The position numbers and the translations under genes are program-made. 64,000 nt of DNA from Eledone cirrhosa (Eukaryota): assembly GCA_964016885.1 (NCBI GenBank), contig OZ024748.1:19654001-19718000 (forward strand), given 5' to 3'. Of the stretch, positions 1 to 14,509 are shown piece by piece (the stretch's first letter is position 1; every line of letters begins with the position of its first letter). The notes under the pieces are model-generated. The model was not told the origin of the DNA, searched no databases, and saw only the letters and a program-made list of their open reading frames with translations.

Positions 1-60
1 GTGAGTATGTATAGGTCTCTCTCTCTCACTATATATATATATTTAAATATATATATATAT

Positions 61-175
<115 letters not shown>

Positions 176-180
176 AATAA

Positions 181-219
<39 letters not shown>

Positions 220-314
220 AATATATATATATATATAAATAAATAAATATATATATATATATATATATATATTTAAATATATATATATATATATACATAT
301 ATATAAATAAATAA

Positions 315-367
<53 letters not shown>

Positions 368-370
368 TAA

Positions 371-401
<31 letters not shown>

Positions 402-428
402 TATATATATACATATATATATATTTAA

Positions 429-463
<35 letters not shown>

Positions 464-522
464 TATATATATATATATATAAATAAATATATATATATAA
501 ATAAATATATATATATATAAAT

Positions 523-603
<81 letters not shown>

Positions 604-876
604 TATATATATATATATATATAAGGGTGGCTTTACGCTACATTTCAAATTTCTCAAAGCTGGATTTTCCAAGACATTATTATCATTATTATGATTGTTA
701 CTATTATTTAACCTTGTAATGTTTTACTACTACTTTGGCTTTCAACAAGTCATCCATTGAAATGTACGTGTGAATGATGAGCGAACGGGAGTTCCATTCA
801 GATATTAAGATACAATCGATCTTAATCAGTTTATGACCACTGGTGCGTCGCTCAGACCAAATAAATCATACGTACG

Positions 877-921
<45 letters not shown>

Positions 922-1302
922 CACATATACATATACAGACGAATACGCGCACACACATACAGGCAGGGGTATGTATGAGCATATATGAATGTATGTATTT
1001 TTATGTTTGTATGTATCCACATATGTATGTATATTTATATCTATCCTTGTTTGCAGACTTTTATATACATATATATTATATATACAAACACATACACGCA
1101 CACACGTACATATATATATATATATGTTTATAAATATAAACATCTCTATGTTTGTATAAATACATACATTCGTACATACAGTCATTCATTCATACATGTA
1201 TACATATATGCATACATACATACATACATACATATATACATACATACATACATACATACATACATACATACATACATACATACATACATACATACATACA
1301 TA

Positions 1303-1749
1303 AAAACTGCCACCAAATTAAAGCACAACCGGCCTGATATTGTAGTTTGGGACCACACATTGAAAACGTGTTCTGTTGTGGAGATCAGCTGCCCACTTGA
1401 TGTAAACGTTGTCAGAAAAATACAGGAGAAGGAGGACATCTACGGACCATTGATGAGGAGCTTACAAATCCAGTATCCAAGATACACCTTTAGCTTCATA
1501 CCCATCATTATTGGTGCTACGGGTTATATACCAACCCGCTTGGACCAAAGTATGACCGAACTTGGATTTGCGGACAAAAAGCGCAGCTCCCTAATTCATA
1601 GTCTACAAATGGCTGCGATAGCTGGCACCTTCAAAATATGCAAAACATTCTTGCGATTCAAGGGATGACAATTTCTTTTCTTTTACAACCTTGCCACCAG
1701 GAAGGTGGCCGGTCAAAAAAATATACTCGAAATTAAGAGAAAGAGAAAA
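1303..1749 (+). mobile_element. 5'-truncated R4/NeSL-type non-LTR retrotransposon 3' end (restriction-like endonuclease domain to stop at 1668, plus 3'UTR), inserted in (CATA)n
   Basis: Translation KHNRPDIVVWD..TCSVVEISCP.D....K..EK..Y..L....F.PIIIGATG matches the PD-(D/E)xK RLE C-terminus of R4-clade elements. Pure (CATA)n tracts flank both sides. Confidence 0.85.
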
Positions 1750-1775
1750 CATACATACATACATACATACATACA

Positions 1776-1806
<31 letters not shown>

Positions 1807-2284
1807 GTAGTTTGATATAGTAGTTGTATTTTATACATTTGGTATACTTTAAGTCTTGGTCTATTCACAATGAAATCTCTCTTCACGCTATTTTGAATGT
1901 TTTTTTCTCCCAAAATGGAGCTTTTGTCTTTAAAATACAATAAAAGCATTATATTTCCGATCGTATAAGCACTGCTGCTTGCTTTGTTTTTGTTTTACCT
2001 TGTTTTTCTTCTTACTGTTGCTGTTTATTGTATTGTAAAGATATTGTAGTTTCATACTAAGCTACTGATATGCCTTTCTTCCATTATTGCATACTAAACC
2101 GTAACGAGAATGGGTGTTATAATAGCACGGCCAAATGGAGAATATATATACGAAGATTGGTGTTTGGCTCATTGACTGTGAGTGTAGATCTTATTACAGA
2201 ATCTTTAAGGCGTTTCTCTCTCACTGCAGTCACCATACATATTTCAGAACTGGTTATTTATGTAAAGTAAAACTGCCTGGTCTG

Positions 2285-2560
2285 TTGGCTCCGGTGTTCG
2301 GTTCACGATAGCAAAGTCACGAATTCGATACCCTGGCAGCTCGTATTATCCTTGAACAAGATACTTTATTTCACACTCTTCCAATCCACTTAACTGAAAA
2401 AAGAATTGTATATGTAATTCAAACAGCTCGCATTGTTATGCACTGTCTTGCGCTGAATCTCCCTTAGCACTACGTTATGGTTACACGTGTCTGTGGAATG
2501 TTCAGCCATTTTGTACGTTAATTTCATGCGCTAGCTGTTCCGTTGATTGAATCAACTGGG
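2285..2560 (+). mobile_element. Diverged tRNA-derived SINE with CORE-like central domain
   Basis: B-box-like GAATTCGATACC followed by TCCTTGAACAAGATACTTTATTTCAC. The 3' part recurs inverted at about 7760-7910 and 20535-20780. Confidence 0.55.
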
Positions 2561-2675
2561 ACAGTTTGGATTTGTGAGATCTGCTGGTGTCAGTGTAATG
2601 TACAGGGCCTTACTCTTTATAAAACAGTTAGATTCCGATTTCCTTTAATGGCAAACTAACTTACAACGTCCTTTA

Positions 2676-3170
2676 TACGACAACAGCCCCAGGAGACCCC
2701 TTTATCACAAGTACTCTCTCTATAATATCTATCAAATGACAGCCACATTACAACATCCCTTTACAAAAATATATCTAACGACACCGCTTTACGAAATTCC
2801 GCCTTACGACAAACATTTACAGAAATTCACCTTAGTACAATACTTTATGAAAATACACCTTACTCCACACATTTAGGAATAGACCTTTTTACAAAAGATT
2901 ACCTTAAGACAATCTTTACGAAAACCCAACTAACGACAAACCTTTACAAAAATTCACCTCACCACAACCCATTACAAAAATTTCACCCCACGACAACCCT
3001 TCACAAAATAAATCACCCCACGACACCCCTTTACAAAAATACACCTCACGACAACCCTTTACAAAAATTCATCTCACCACAACACTTTACAAATATTCAC
3101 CTCACGACAACCCTTTACAGAAATTCACATCTCGAAAACCCTTTACGAAAATTCACCTTACGATACCATT
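2676..3170. repeat. Diverged minisatellite, ~28-bp unit (ACGACAACCCTTTACAAAAATTCACCTC)
   Basis: More than 15 tandem imperfect units are visible. Confidence 0.85.
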
Positions 3171-3510
3171 CCTTACCACAACCACCTAACTCCAAATCTG
3201 CGTCCCTGCATTCCACGCAAAATTAAATGTAAGACCACAATCCACAATATCACACAGCAAATATATCACTCTACGTTATAAATGTATAAGAAATACATTT
3301 TCAGAATGAAATCTAAAGTCATATATATATAGAGAAGGACGGCTATTTATTTAATTCCATGTCGGGTGGGTGTGTATTGAAGTACTGCTCTCTATTTATT
3401 TAACTATTTACGTGTCTCTGTATAGAATCGAGAGGAGCTTCTTGTTTATTTAATATGATTTCAGTATGTACAACCAACAGCAGATCATCATTATATGTAT
3501 GCATGGTTAT

Positions 3511-3607
<97 letters not shown>

Positions 3608-3711
3608 ATATATAAATATTATATATATATATACATATATATATATACATAGTTGATTATAGCTTTTTTACATAATGTGTGCAGACCCTTATGCATGTGT
3701 CTAATAGTGAT

Positions 3712-3881
<170 letters not shown>

Positions 3882-3920
3882 TATACATACACCCATATGC
3901 ATGTGTGTCTAATAGTGATA

Positions 3921-4065
<145 letters not shown>

Positions 4066-4210
4066 TATGTGCTTGTGCAGATGAATATATACAAGTATCG
4101 AGACATATGCTTCTAAATTTACAAACATGTATATTCACATATGTGTAAAAACGTAAACATGCAAGTATATATAGATACACACTCACACACACATACACAC
4201 ACACACACAC

Positions 4211-4263
<53 letters not shown>

Positions 4264-4281
4264 ACTATATATATATATATA

Positions 4282-4395
<114 letters not shown>

Positions 4396-4634
4396 TATAT
4401 GTATATATGTATATATACGCATATGTGTCTCAGTGTGTGAGCATGTGTGTCTGCGAGTGAGTGTGTGTGTGTGTCTTCGTTTATGTTCTGGTAAGAAAAC
4501 ATAAAAGTGCTCGTTGCAACCTTATGTTGGAAGTGTGCAATCTTATGTATTCTAATTTATGTAAAGCAAACATATATACACAAACATACGCAGATACACA
4601 TACACGAAAATAGATATATGCATATATATGTACA

Positions 4635-4667
<33 letters not shown>

Positions 4668-4673
<6 letters not shown>

Positions 4674-4781
4674 GTGACGTTTTTTTTACAAAAAATGAAA
4701 AATAACCGAGGTGTCCTACATGAGTGAAAGTATAAAGAAAAAAAGATGAAATTGAAAATGCAACTGGAGTCTTATTTAAAA

Positions 4782-4852
<71 letters not shown>

Positions 4853-4928
4853 GTGTGTGTATATAACAAAATAAATATATATATTTTTTTTTAAAATAAG
4901 ACTCCAGTTGCATTTTCGATTTCATCTT

Positions 4929-4930
<2 letters not shown>
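4668..4930. mobile_element. TA-embedded family B element (3' end plus inverted partial copy)
   Basis: AAAGATGAAATTGAAAATGCAACTGGAGTCTTATTT and its reverse complement lie on either side of a (TA)n tract. The same sequence occurs at 29175, 36021 and 44420. Confidence 0.75.
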
Positions 4931-4988
<58 letters not shown>

Positions 4989-5093
4989 CATATATATACA
5001 TATATATATATATGGACCTGTTATTTTTATCTAAAGACATCTTTTCCAGTTCCACCCCGCCCGTCCCTTCAATCTATTTTATTTCTCATTCTT

Positions 5094-5129
5094 TCTTCTG
5101 GTGAAGGACTAACGTCCGAAACGTTAAGA
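5094..5129 (+). ncRNA. Minimal type I hammerhead ribozyme motif (A6G core variant)
   Basis: TCTT-CTGGTGA-A-GGAC(TAAC)GTCC-GAAAC-GTT-AAGA. Stems I and II pair and stem III is the palindrome ACGT. It lies in an island (about 5013-5220) between TA tracts. Confidence 0.7.
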
Positions 5130-5307
5130 CCCACTTCCTGCTATTTCGAGCGTTAACTTAATATATATTCCTTCCATATACTGTACCGATTGTGTTGTTA
5201 TTTCTGTTTAACCTTGTACACATACACACACACACACATATATATATATATACATAAATATATATATACACATATATATACATGTATATATGTATGTATA
5301 TATATGA

Positions 5308-5699
<392 letters not shown>

Positions 5700-5740
5700 A
5701 GCCCTTATTGTATAGAAAACCATGTCACTCTTCTTTCTTG

Positions 5741-5796
<56 letters not shown>

Positions 5797-6028
5797 ATAT
5801 ACATTAACTAACATATATGTATATATATTAACTAGCATCCGTTCGATTTGCTAGTGCGCTAGAACGACATCAAACAGAAGCAGATCGCAACTTCTCATCT
5901 TAAAATAGGAAAGACACAATAAATAATGTAACCCTACTGTCATACAAACAGGATATATTCACGACTTGAATTTCTTTGATCCGCTCAGTCGGGGCTATAT
6001 ACATACATACATATATATAAATAAATAA

Positions 6029-6071
<43 letters not shown>

Positions 6072-6233
6072 TTAGGATTTAGCTTCATGCATAGCTGTAT
6101 ACAGATATGTATGAGAATTTCGTATTTCTAAAGAAATATGGTATGTTTACCAGTAAACTTTTAGAAAGCCGTAGCTATGCAAAACACCGGGGTTAACGCT
6201 TTCTGGTGGTGACCGGCAGAAATAAGGGGGACA

Positions 6234-6277
6234 ATCGTCAATGCATTTCGAACTTAACTGGTTTTCATCAAGACGAT
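6234..6277 (-). ncRNA. Type I hammerhead ribozyme motif (C3U variant)
   Basis: Minus strand reads ATCGTC-TTGATGA-AAAC(CAGTTAA)GTTC-GAA-ATGCAT-T-GACGAT, with a 6-bp stem I and palindromic stem III. Confidence 0.7.
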
Positions 6278-6602
6278 CTCTCCCACACTTGTGACTGCTG
6301 GACTTGAAAACACGCGAGAATATATGGATTTCCCGTCTTTGTAAATGAGGTGATTAATCTCATTTGCATATGGAGCTGCTTAAGTTGGCTCAACTTATAA
6401 TACTATAAAACTTATATATATATACATACACACAAATGCATATTATACATGCATACATGTATGTCTCTATATGTAAACATATATTCTATTAATCCTTTTC
6501 TACTAGAAATCCAAGTATATTTTCCTCTAAGCCTTTACTAACCTACTTATAATATTAAACGAGGAACCGGAACATATGACATTTTATTATATGTAATTGT
6601 TG

Positions 6603-7070
6603 GAGGCGCGTGGTCTAGTGGTGGGGTCTTAAACTTATGTTTATAATGTCGTCGGTTCAATTTCTCTACTGTGTTGTGTTCTTGAGCAAAACACTTCATT
6701 TCATTTTGCTCCAGCTGAAAATGAGTACCAGCAATATATATGGGTTTAACCATGTGATTAACTGGTGTCTCGTCCAGCAGACATTTAGCGTCAGAGTGTC
6801 CTAAGTGTGTTTTATTTACGATCATGATGTCGTGGGTTCGTTTCCTGGAGTGGGTTGAGTGTTGTGTTCTTGAGCAAAACACTTCATTTCATGTTTCTCC
6901 AGTATACTCAACTGGAAATGTATACAAGTCATACCTGGCGGTTAACCTTACTATGGCCTGGTATTCTGTCCAGGATGGAAATTTGTACGCTCATTTCAGT
7001 CATTTAACTCTACAGGGGCTGACATAAGCACCGGCCTGATGAGATCGCGGGCTTGAGACAGACTTTTAGA
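6603..7070 (+). mobile_element. Two adjacent tRNA-derived SINE copies (CORE/V-like central domain)
   Basis: GGCGCGTGGTCTAGTGG A-box and GGTTCAA/GGTTCG B-box. TGTTCTTGAGCAAAACACTTCATTTCA occurs twice. The 3' end is ATAAGCACCGGCCTGATGAG. Confidence 0.65.
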
Positions 7071-7925
7071 CTTTAGTTCCTTTTGATAGCACTTATATTA
7101 ACGCTGTATTGAATTTGGGAGTTACCCGCCCTTCTATGACCACCATAGTATATCTCAAGAACTTTCGCACATTATTTGCACTAACCCCAATCTACAACGT
7201 TATATATATATATATATATAATCTTCAATGCATTCTATATATAATACCTGGCAATTTTCTTGCAATATAAGCAACAAAAAATCCCACTATTTTCTCAGTC
7301 CTCTCTACAATTCAATATTTCTAATTATATTTTATTGTAGTTTATTTTATTTCATTTTATTTTAGTTTATTCTAATATGTACTATACTGTACTTATATCT
7401 CCTACACTAAACCTAGTTAGTCTTCCGTATTTCCCCTTCCTGCTTCATTAAGATCCTTTCTTCTAGATACCCTCATAGGTCGTCCAATTAAATCTTTTAT
7501 AAATATCGATTTTTTTTTCTTATCATATCCCCACGCTCACTCACTCTCTCTCTCTCTCGGCTCATCCAATTAGATATTTTTATATGAAATTGCGTTTTCT
7601 TATATTCCCTGTCACTGTAATTCAAATCTTATTTGGCACAATGTACTCGTGTGCACTTAACAACAACACACAAACAATAGTGTTGGAGCAAAAAACTTAT
7701 TACAAAAATATGACAGAGATATATGAATTTAATTCACATATTTTTGGTGGGATCTCCATCGGTTTCGGCGGTGAGTGTTCTAGTTGATTCTATCAACGGA
7801 AATGTCTGCTTGTTTGTGAAATTAATATGCAAGTTGATGAGCATTCCATAGACATATATACCCGAACGTATTTCACAGGGAGATTCAGCGAGATACACTA
7901 AATGATATAATTTACAAATATTATA

Positions 7926-8117
7926 GGGCGGTGGATTGGCAGTATCGGTAGATAGTCGGACACCATGCTTTGACGCATAGAGTTACGGCCCTTGCCATTC
8001 TGAGTTCAAATCCCGCCGAGGTTAACTTTGCCTTTCATCCTTATGGGGTAGATAAAATAAAGTACCAGTAATACACTAGTTAATTGCTGGCCTTGTGCCT
8101 AACGTAGAAACAATTAT
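7926..8117 (+). mobile_element. tRNA-derived SINE with Meta-like domain
   Basis: GGCGGTGGATTGGCAG A-box, GAGTTCAAATCC B-box, then AACTTTGCCTTTCATCC..GGGGT.GATAAAATAAAGTACCAG. About 15 full or partial copies occur in the window. Confidence 0.85.
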
Positions 8118-8384
8118 GAATATAATTCATTCTTCCGAGCTGAGTGATCTGAAGAAACGTGAAATATATTGTTTTGTTCACAGACACAACATGCTGTCCG
8201 ATTATGAGCTGAATATCCTAGCCGCTGGGCCACACCCTTTCAAAACTCACTTATAGATAATCACAAATATAGATGTTCTTTCTTTACCAGGACTCACTAA
8301 GCAAGCACATGCTTTCTTCTCGTAATGTTTTTTGTTTCTTCCTCTCCTTATAATATATATATATATACATGTATATATATATAT

Positions 8385-8442
<58 letters not shown>

Positions 8443-8474
8443 ATATATATATATACATGTATATATATATATAT

Positions 8475-8544
<70 letters not shown>

Positions 8545-8552
8545 ATATATAT

Positions 8553-8711
<159 letters not shown>

Positions 8712-8746
8712 AATATATATATACATGTATATATATATATATATAT

Positions 8747-8817
<71 letters not shown>

Positions 8818-9016
8818 TGAAAACATAGGTAATACCAAGCTGGTAAAATCAAAATCAAAATGTAACTGGTACATAATTTTTTTTAATGTTAGTTTTTGAT
8901 GTTATATTTTTAAACTTACACCTAAATATCGTAGAAATTTCAGATGATTGAACACTTTGTATGCACATTGCCAAGACTCTCACAGAACACACCACCGCCA
9001 CCACCATATATGCATG

Positions 9017-9105
<89 letters not shown>

Positions 9106-10439
9106 GTTTGTATGAATGTATGTATATATTGTAATACCTGTCTCGTAAATTAGTGTATATTTAAAGTCGCCAATCGCATTAGCGGTTTTAAGCTAAATGC
9201 GATTTCTTGCAATACATTGTCTCGCCTAGACCAAAGTATAATAATAATATCATTATATTAGAACACTTTGTTTGTTTTCCTTTTCATTTATTCTAAATTT
9301 CTGTATAGTTTTGACGACAGAAAATACTCTAATCCTCACTAATACCTTACTATCGTAAGACTTGTATCTTTTTTGTTTTTTCTTTCATTCTTTATGTCAG
9401 ATATGATTATAAATAAAATAAGATACTTTGCTAAAGTTTCTTTTAATGTTTCTTTTATTTTATTTGATGTTGTTTTGTTTTGTTTTTTTCTCACCATCCA
9501 TTCATTCCTTCCTTATGAGATTACATGTGTTCACGTATGTAAAACTTCATATCTTCTTGACTTCAATATTTTATTTTCTGCCAAATAACTAACACGTTTA
9601 CTTGATATATAGAAAAATAAAAAGAGAAACACACACACACTCACACATACACATATATTCAGACAAAAAAAAAATGTTTCTTAATACAGGAAATAGTATA
9701 ATTATATACATTAAAAATAAAGCTTAATAGAACAAAACGAAACAAAATAAGACATTATTGCGTTTATTTCTTTTTATTATGTAGTAGAAATATATGCATT
9801 GAAAGCTTTACAGATTATTTTACAGTGATTTTGTTAAAGAAATTAGAAAGTTGTTGCAATTTGGAGCAGTAAAAACAATCAAATAAAGAAAATAAACAAA
9901 TAAATTATATAAATAAGTAAAATAAAAACATAAATAGATAAATACAAAGAGAAATAGAAATTATTATAAAAAATCCACAAATAGAATTAGATTGAAACAA
10001 AATTAAAAGATTTTTGTTGTATATTTTTTACCGCAAGCTGTTTTCTCTCATTTTTGTCTTATGTTTCTTTAACAATATATTTTGGCCGATTCTTTTTTCA
10101 TCGGTGTATTTTGGCCGATTTTTCTCTGCCCTGTGTATGTAGCTTCATGCAAATGATACTAAGTTCGATTATCGAATTAGCCATGACTTCCAGTTCCGTG
10201 ACCGAGGTGGGTTCCGTTCGAATCAGACAAGAATGATGGAATAAAATCTCGACATTGGAGGCACAGTGAAATCTCATTGATAACCAATTTGGGACAAGAG
10301 GAGAAGAACAGAAAAAGGTCTTTTACAAATGTTAAATACTGTTTATGGTTAAATATGTTTAATTAAAACAGCTCTGATGACGTAACGTGGATATGAAATA
10401 TGTTCTAAATCTAAATTTCTTTTTAGATCCCTATATTGG

Positions 10440-10640
10440 AAGACTTGTCCGTGGAAACTTTTGGTGTCCTTGGCCCTAGGGCTACTTCACTATTCCCCAC
10501 CAGAGGCGCTGAGTTAGCCAGCCGCAGATGTGAGCCTCACTATTTGGAATGTCTCTTCCAGAGCATCTCCCTTACCATCCTCCGGAGAAAAGCCTTCTCC
10601 ATCCTGTCCGCCGGGGCTGTGGGGAGGCCAGCACGTGGGA
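10440..10640 (+). mobile_element. CRE-like non-LTR retrotransposon C-terminal RLE fragment
   Basis: VETFGVLGPRA...LFQSISLTILRRKAFSIL resembles the CRE-clade terminal motif VET.G.WGP.A...L.QRISLAIQRGNA.SIL. Confidence 0.7.
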
Positions 10641-10944
10641 CCCCATTTGCTCACCATATGGATTAATAGGCAAAGTTATAAACTATTGTACATCAAGTTA
10701 CGTGTTGATATAACGAAGTTTGTGACGTAGAAGGTCTCAAACTAATTCTAAAGGTTTCCTGTTCAAATTGCCTGACAACATTACCTGTAAGTCGGCGTAT
10801 TTACAAACACGTTATGGTGTCGTATTAAACAAATGATTCGGTATTTCTGTTTTGGCTCTGTGCGCTCTGGTTCAAAATCCAACCGCGGTCAGTCTTGCCT
10901 TTCATCCTTTAGTGGTCGATAAATTTAGTACCATTCCGACACTT

Positions 10945-11029
<85 letters not shown>

Positions 11030-11047
11030 CGAGAGATAGATAGTGAT

Positions 11048-11093
<46 letters not shown>

Positions 11094-12696
11094 ATGTATA
11101 TCACTATCTATCTCTCGCTATCTAAATATCACTATTTGATTCTCTCTCTATCTATCTCCATTTGCCTCTATTTCTTTCCTTCTCTTGGGTGTCTTTAGTA
11201 GAATAAAGTCTGATGTAAGTATTCGTGATAGACCTTCGCTTTTTGGATACCCTCCTTCTTCCCACCCACGAGTTTTAGAAGTCATGTAAAGGGTCACAGA
11301 CTTCCCGCTCTAATTAAACAGTATAACAAGAGCTTACAGTCTAAATGTGTAATCTTATAGTTTTCAAAATCTGAAGCGATTCTTTACCAAGTTTCCCGTT
11401 TTTGTGTTTTGAACTTTCTCACATCAGAGATGTGAAGATGACATTTAGAGCTTAGAATAACCTCCCAGAAACGTCTATCTTCGTATAGGAACAATAGAAA
11501 ATTGTTTGTACGAGGCCGAGGAACCCAGAATTACATTGAGAGGAAATGTGTAAAGTTGAAGACTTTTCAAGGTCAATGATCTGAGTAACTAACGATAGTT
11601 TCAGTGGTTAGGAAAATATAATAATGTCGTGTTGACTTTAATAAATAGATGCCAAAACATGTGACAGATCTCTGTTCAAATAACAGCTTTGCTCAGATTA
11701 AGTGTGATATCCGCTTTTGTGGTTTTAGCAGTGAATATTTTTATCTAAACTTATGACAATCTCAGTAAAAAATGGAATAAGTTCCTCAAACATTGTTAAC
11801 GGCTTTGACTGAAATATATAGTTAACACATGTGCTGATACCATCAAATAACATTTAATAATGTGCTAATGAGATTAAATTCCCATTTAAAAAAAATGTTT
11901 TCGGTTCTAGTTATTTCTTTTTTTTTAAATAAATGGCGGTTTCCTTCCTGTTTTAAAACAATTTTACAATAAACTGTAAACTGATCCTAACATATTACCA
12001 ACTCGATTGATGAAGAAAATTTTCAATTAAGTAGTTTAAGTTTCTGTAAAATAAATGATTCAACACTTAGAAGAAAAGAAAGTATACGAAAAAAAATGCA
12101 AAAAAGTTAAAAGGAAAATGTCGGTGATAAAATAAAAACAAGAAAACAATTGCCTCTAACTATGTGAGATTTAATAAATATCTTTTATTTTATTAATTAT
12201 TTATCATTTTTAGTTTTCATTTTTGTTAAAAGATGGTTAATGTAGAGTTGAGTCTTACTTTAACATGTGTATGCTATTGTATTTCAGTGGTGATGATGGT
12301 GGTGGTAGTGGTGGTAGTGGTGGTAGTGGTGGTGATGGTGGTGGTGGTGGATGCTGGTGCTGGTGGTGGTGATGGTGGTAATGGTAGTGGTGTTGGGTAA
12401 GTATAAGTGGCATAATGGTGTCCTGAAAGCAACAATGAAATCATGTCATATGCTATTATACTCCTGTGGCGAGGGGGTGGTTACAAAGATGTCCTGAAGT
12501 CAACATTAATGTCATGTCGGACTCATTTAATAACACAGAAAACACCGACAAAGAAACGAGAAGTAGGAGGCATGACGGTGAATGATATGTCTCAAAAGCA
12601 CCACTCATTTTAAAGATCGTATAGACAAGCCTGCTGTCTGCTGGGATGCACGATATCCCGCTGATCGTACATCATCATTCACCGACACCATCCTCA

Positions 12697-13790
12697 TCCA
12701 CACAACATCACAGCATCTGTCATGAAGGCAACGAAAACAACAGGTGCCGTGGGTCACACAACATCATCGCAGCTTTTATGAAGGTAATGGAAACAAAAGG
12801 GTCCGTGAGTCACACACACAACATCACTGCATCTATCACAAAGGCAATGAAAATAAAAGGTGCCATGGGTCACACAACATCACAGCATTTGTCATGAAGG
12901 CAACAGGCACCGTGGGTCACACAACATCACAGCATCTGTCATGAAGGCAACAGGCACCGTGGCTCATACAACATCACAGCATCTGTCATGAAGGCAACAG
13001 GCACCGTGGGTCACACAACGTCACCACATCTGTCATGAAGGCAACAGGCACCGTGGGTCACACAACGTCACCACATCTCTCATGAAGGCAACAGGCACCG
13101 TGGGTCACACAACGTCACCACATCTGTCATGAAGGCAATGGAAGCAACAGATGCTAGGGGTCACACAACGTCACCACATCTGTCATGAAGGTAACAGGTA
13201 CCGGGGGTCACACAACATCACCGCAGCTTTTATGAAGGCAACGAAAACAACAGGTGCCATAGGTTACACATCACCGCATCTATCATGAAGGCAACAGGCG
13301 CCATAGGTTACACATCACCGCATTTATCATGAAGGCAACAGGCGCCATAGGTTACACATCACCGCATCTATCATGAAGGCAACAGGCGCCATAGGTTACA
13401 CATCACCGCATCTATCATGAAGGCAACAGGCGCCATAGGTTACACATCACCGCATCTATCATGAAGGCAACAGGCGCCATAGGTTACACATCACCGCATC
13501 TATGATGAAGGCAACAGGCGCCATAGGTTACACATCACCGCATCTATCATGAAGGCAACAGGCGCCATAGGTTACACATCACCGCATCTATCATGAAGGC
13601 AACAGACGCCATAGGTTACACATCACCGCATCTGTTATGAAGGTAATGGAGACAACAGGAACCGTGGGTGACACAAAATCACCGCACCTTTCATGAAGGC
13701 AATGAAAACAACAGACTCCGTGGATCACACAACATCATCGCATCAATCGTGGAGGGAATGAAGGAAACAGGCTCCGTGGGTCCCACATAA
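12697..13790. repeat. Minisatellite with 44-, 47- and 56-bp unit variants
   Basis: Core CATCACCGCATCTATCATGAAGGCAACAGG. Near-identical 44-bp units at 13261-13630, 47-bp units at 12911-13130, and longer units at both edges. Confidence 0.92.
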
Positions 13791-14434
13791 CCGTGGGACT
13801 CTTCAGCTATCGAAGACATGACAAAAATAAACAAACCATTCAACATAAGCAACGGAATGAGTAAATATTCATCGTTGGCGACGACATAATCCCTTCATTG
13901 CTGTATTCAAATGAAACACTTACTGCTGCTATCTTAGAAATCTGCTATCTTAGAAATAGGTTTTCAAATAAACACCATGTTTCTATTTATCCAGCCATCA
14001 ATATTTCGTCGACATATAATACATGTGAAAATATTAACGTTGACTTGCACTGAATATTTCAACTAAGCTATTATAATTATCGGCTGACTGTTGGATACAA
14101 TGTGTGGGCTGGAAATAGTTTGATTGGAATAAACCTACAAAACTGTAATGGTTCATATTCTAGAACGTCTGTTTTGTTTGTTTGTTGGTTTGTTTGTTTT
14201 TTTATCTTTTATTGTTTTACTTCAAACTGTCTAAGTTGCATTAAAGAAAATAATTTGAAACCACACCCAATACTACATAAGTAATTCTGAAAAGTTTTGG
14301 TTGATATACATGTATACACACACACACACGCGCACACACACGCACACACACGCACACACATATATATATATATACATATATATATATAAATATATATATA
14401 CATATATATATGTATATATATATATGTATATTAA

Positions 14435-14509
<75 letters not shown>

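Noticed and set aside
7030-7065. CTGATGAG as a ribozyme core
   Set aside because: It is part of a SINE 3' region and has no GAAA or stems.
7926-8020. tRNA gene
   Set aside because: The A/B boxes belong to SINE heads. There is no full cloverleaf, and the sequence continues into the SINE body.
10371-10420. CTGATGA...GAAA hammerhead candidate (similar weak cases at 18705, 22715, 44105, 49053 and 50078)
   Set aside because: Stem I or the GAAA half cannot be paired. These may be decayed relics but are not supportable.
12288-12397. Possible exon (TTTCAG acceptor, GTAAGT donor) over a (GGT)n tract
   Set aside because: The Gly-rich frame hits a stop. The open frame is poly-Val low complexity, and no partner exons were found.
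12697-13790. CRISPR-like appearance of regular repeats (also 51265-51552 and 62686-63210)
   Set aside because: The units are contiguous with no unique spacers, there are no cas genes, and the context is eukaryotic.
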